A DNA stretch of 64,000 nt from an uncultured Gemmatimonadales bacterium. Lineage in GTDB: Bacteria > Gemmatimonadota > Gemmatimonadetes > Longimicrobiales > RSA9. The position numbers were made by a program, and so were the translations under genes. The notes beneath the pieces are model-generated. The model did not search any database. It worked only from the letters and a program-made list of their open reading frames with translations, and was not told where the DNA came from. Position 1 is the first letter of the stretch. Every line of letters starts with the position of its first letter. Shown in pieces: positions 63,399 through 64,000 of this stretch. Location: positions 1,638,622 through 1,702,621 of the forward strand of contig CAWFKH010000003.1 in NCBI GenBank assembly GCA_963816355.1. The letters are read 5' to 3'.

Positions 63399-64000
63399 GT
63401 GGGGACGCCGGTCGCGGGGGGGGCGCGGCGCGGAGCCGGTCGGCGGAGGGCGCGAGCGGCGCTGCGTCGATGGCGGTCGGGCGGCCGAGGAGCAGGTCGG
63501 CAAGGATCTCGGCGGTGGCGAGGGCGGTGGTGATGCCGAGGCCCTCGTGGCCGGCGGCGATCCAGGTGCCCGGCACGGCGTCCCAGCGGCGGACGAGCGG
63601 CAGCCCGTCCGGCGTGGCGGGCCGCAGCCCGGTCCACGCGCGGATCGCGGAGAGCGCGGGCAGCCGCGGCAGGAAGGCGGCGGCGCGCGCGAGCATGCGG
63701 CGGAGGATGTCGCCATTGACCGAGCGGTCGCCGCCGGCGAGCTGGCGCGAGGAGCCGACGAGGATCTGGCCGGTGGCGCGCGGCTGCACGTTGAACGCGA
63801 CGGAGTCCGCGGCGACGTCGTGCGCGCTGCGCACGTAGTCGAGCTCACGAGCCGGCGGCGGCAGAAGCCGGGGTAGCGGTCGGTGATGACGAGGCGGCCT
63901 TTGCGGGGCACGATCGGCAGCCCCTCCGTCAGCTCCGGCGCGGCCACGCCGGTGGCGTTGACCACCACGTCCGCCTCGATCCTCTCGCCGGCGGCGACGA
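63395..64000 (-). CDS. DadA-type FAD oxidoreductase (D-hydroxyproline dehydrogenase beta-type), 3' part, frameshifted
   Basis: PRKG.LVITDRY, FNVQPRATGQILVGSSRQ, WTGLRPATPD, GHEGLGITT. Confidence 0.8.

Noticed and set aside
63112..63834. Oxidase-ferredoxin fusion protein (240-aa ORF)
   Set aside because: The linker is out-of-frame Arg/Pro-rich sequence between frameshifts, and the ferredoxin N-terminus lies in another frame.
61751..64000. hcnABC hydrogen cyanide synthase
   Set aside because: Same protein families, but the gene order and the adjacent DHDPS-like deaminase fit hydroxyproline catabolism better.

Overview
High-GC bacterial chromosome segment, probably Gemmatimonadota. The lineage is an inference from RpoB/RpoC/EF-G sequence style and accessory gene types, not a database result. 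1-29 kb (minus strand) is the core translation/transcription cluster: tuf-rpmG-secE-nusG-rplKAJL-rpoBC, str (rpsL-rpsG-fusA-tuf), S10, and spc through secY and the start of adk. It has two apparently identical tuf copies and no tRNAs at the tuf/secE locus. 29-41 kb holds mixed accessory genes (response regulator, YdcF, orphan Flp pilin, M3/S1/S9 peptidases, SDR, MBL hydrolase) with many short tandem-repeat expansions. About 41.2-53.8 kb is a decayed island next to the 3' end of tRNA-Gly(TCC): a TonB-receptor-like gene, a blaI-type repressor split by two different IS256 elements stacked at one site, an ISL3 inside an SDR/beta-propeller chimera, and an MFS fragment. 54-64 kb holds a lipoprotein, a His-phosphatase/pgl pair, and a hydroxyproline-catabolism-like operon with several single-base frameshifts. 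It also holds the best candidate for an undescribed system: a PhcB-like methyltransferase translationally coupled to a fatty-acid desaturase, followed by a triple-PAS hybrid kinase, which could make and sense a lipid methyl-ester signal.
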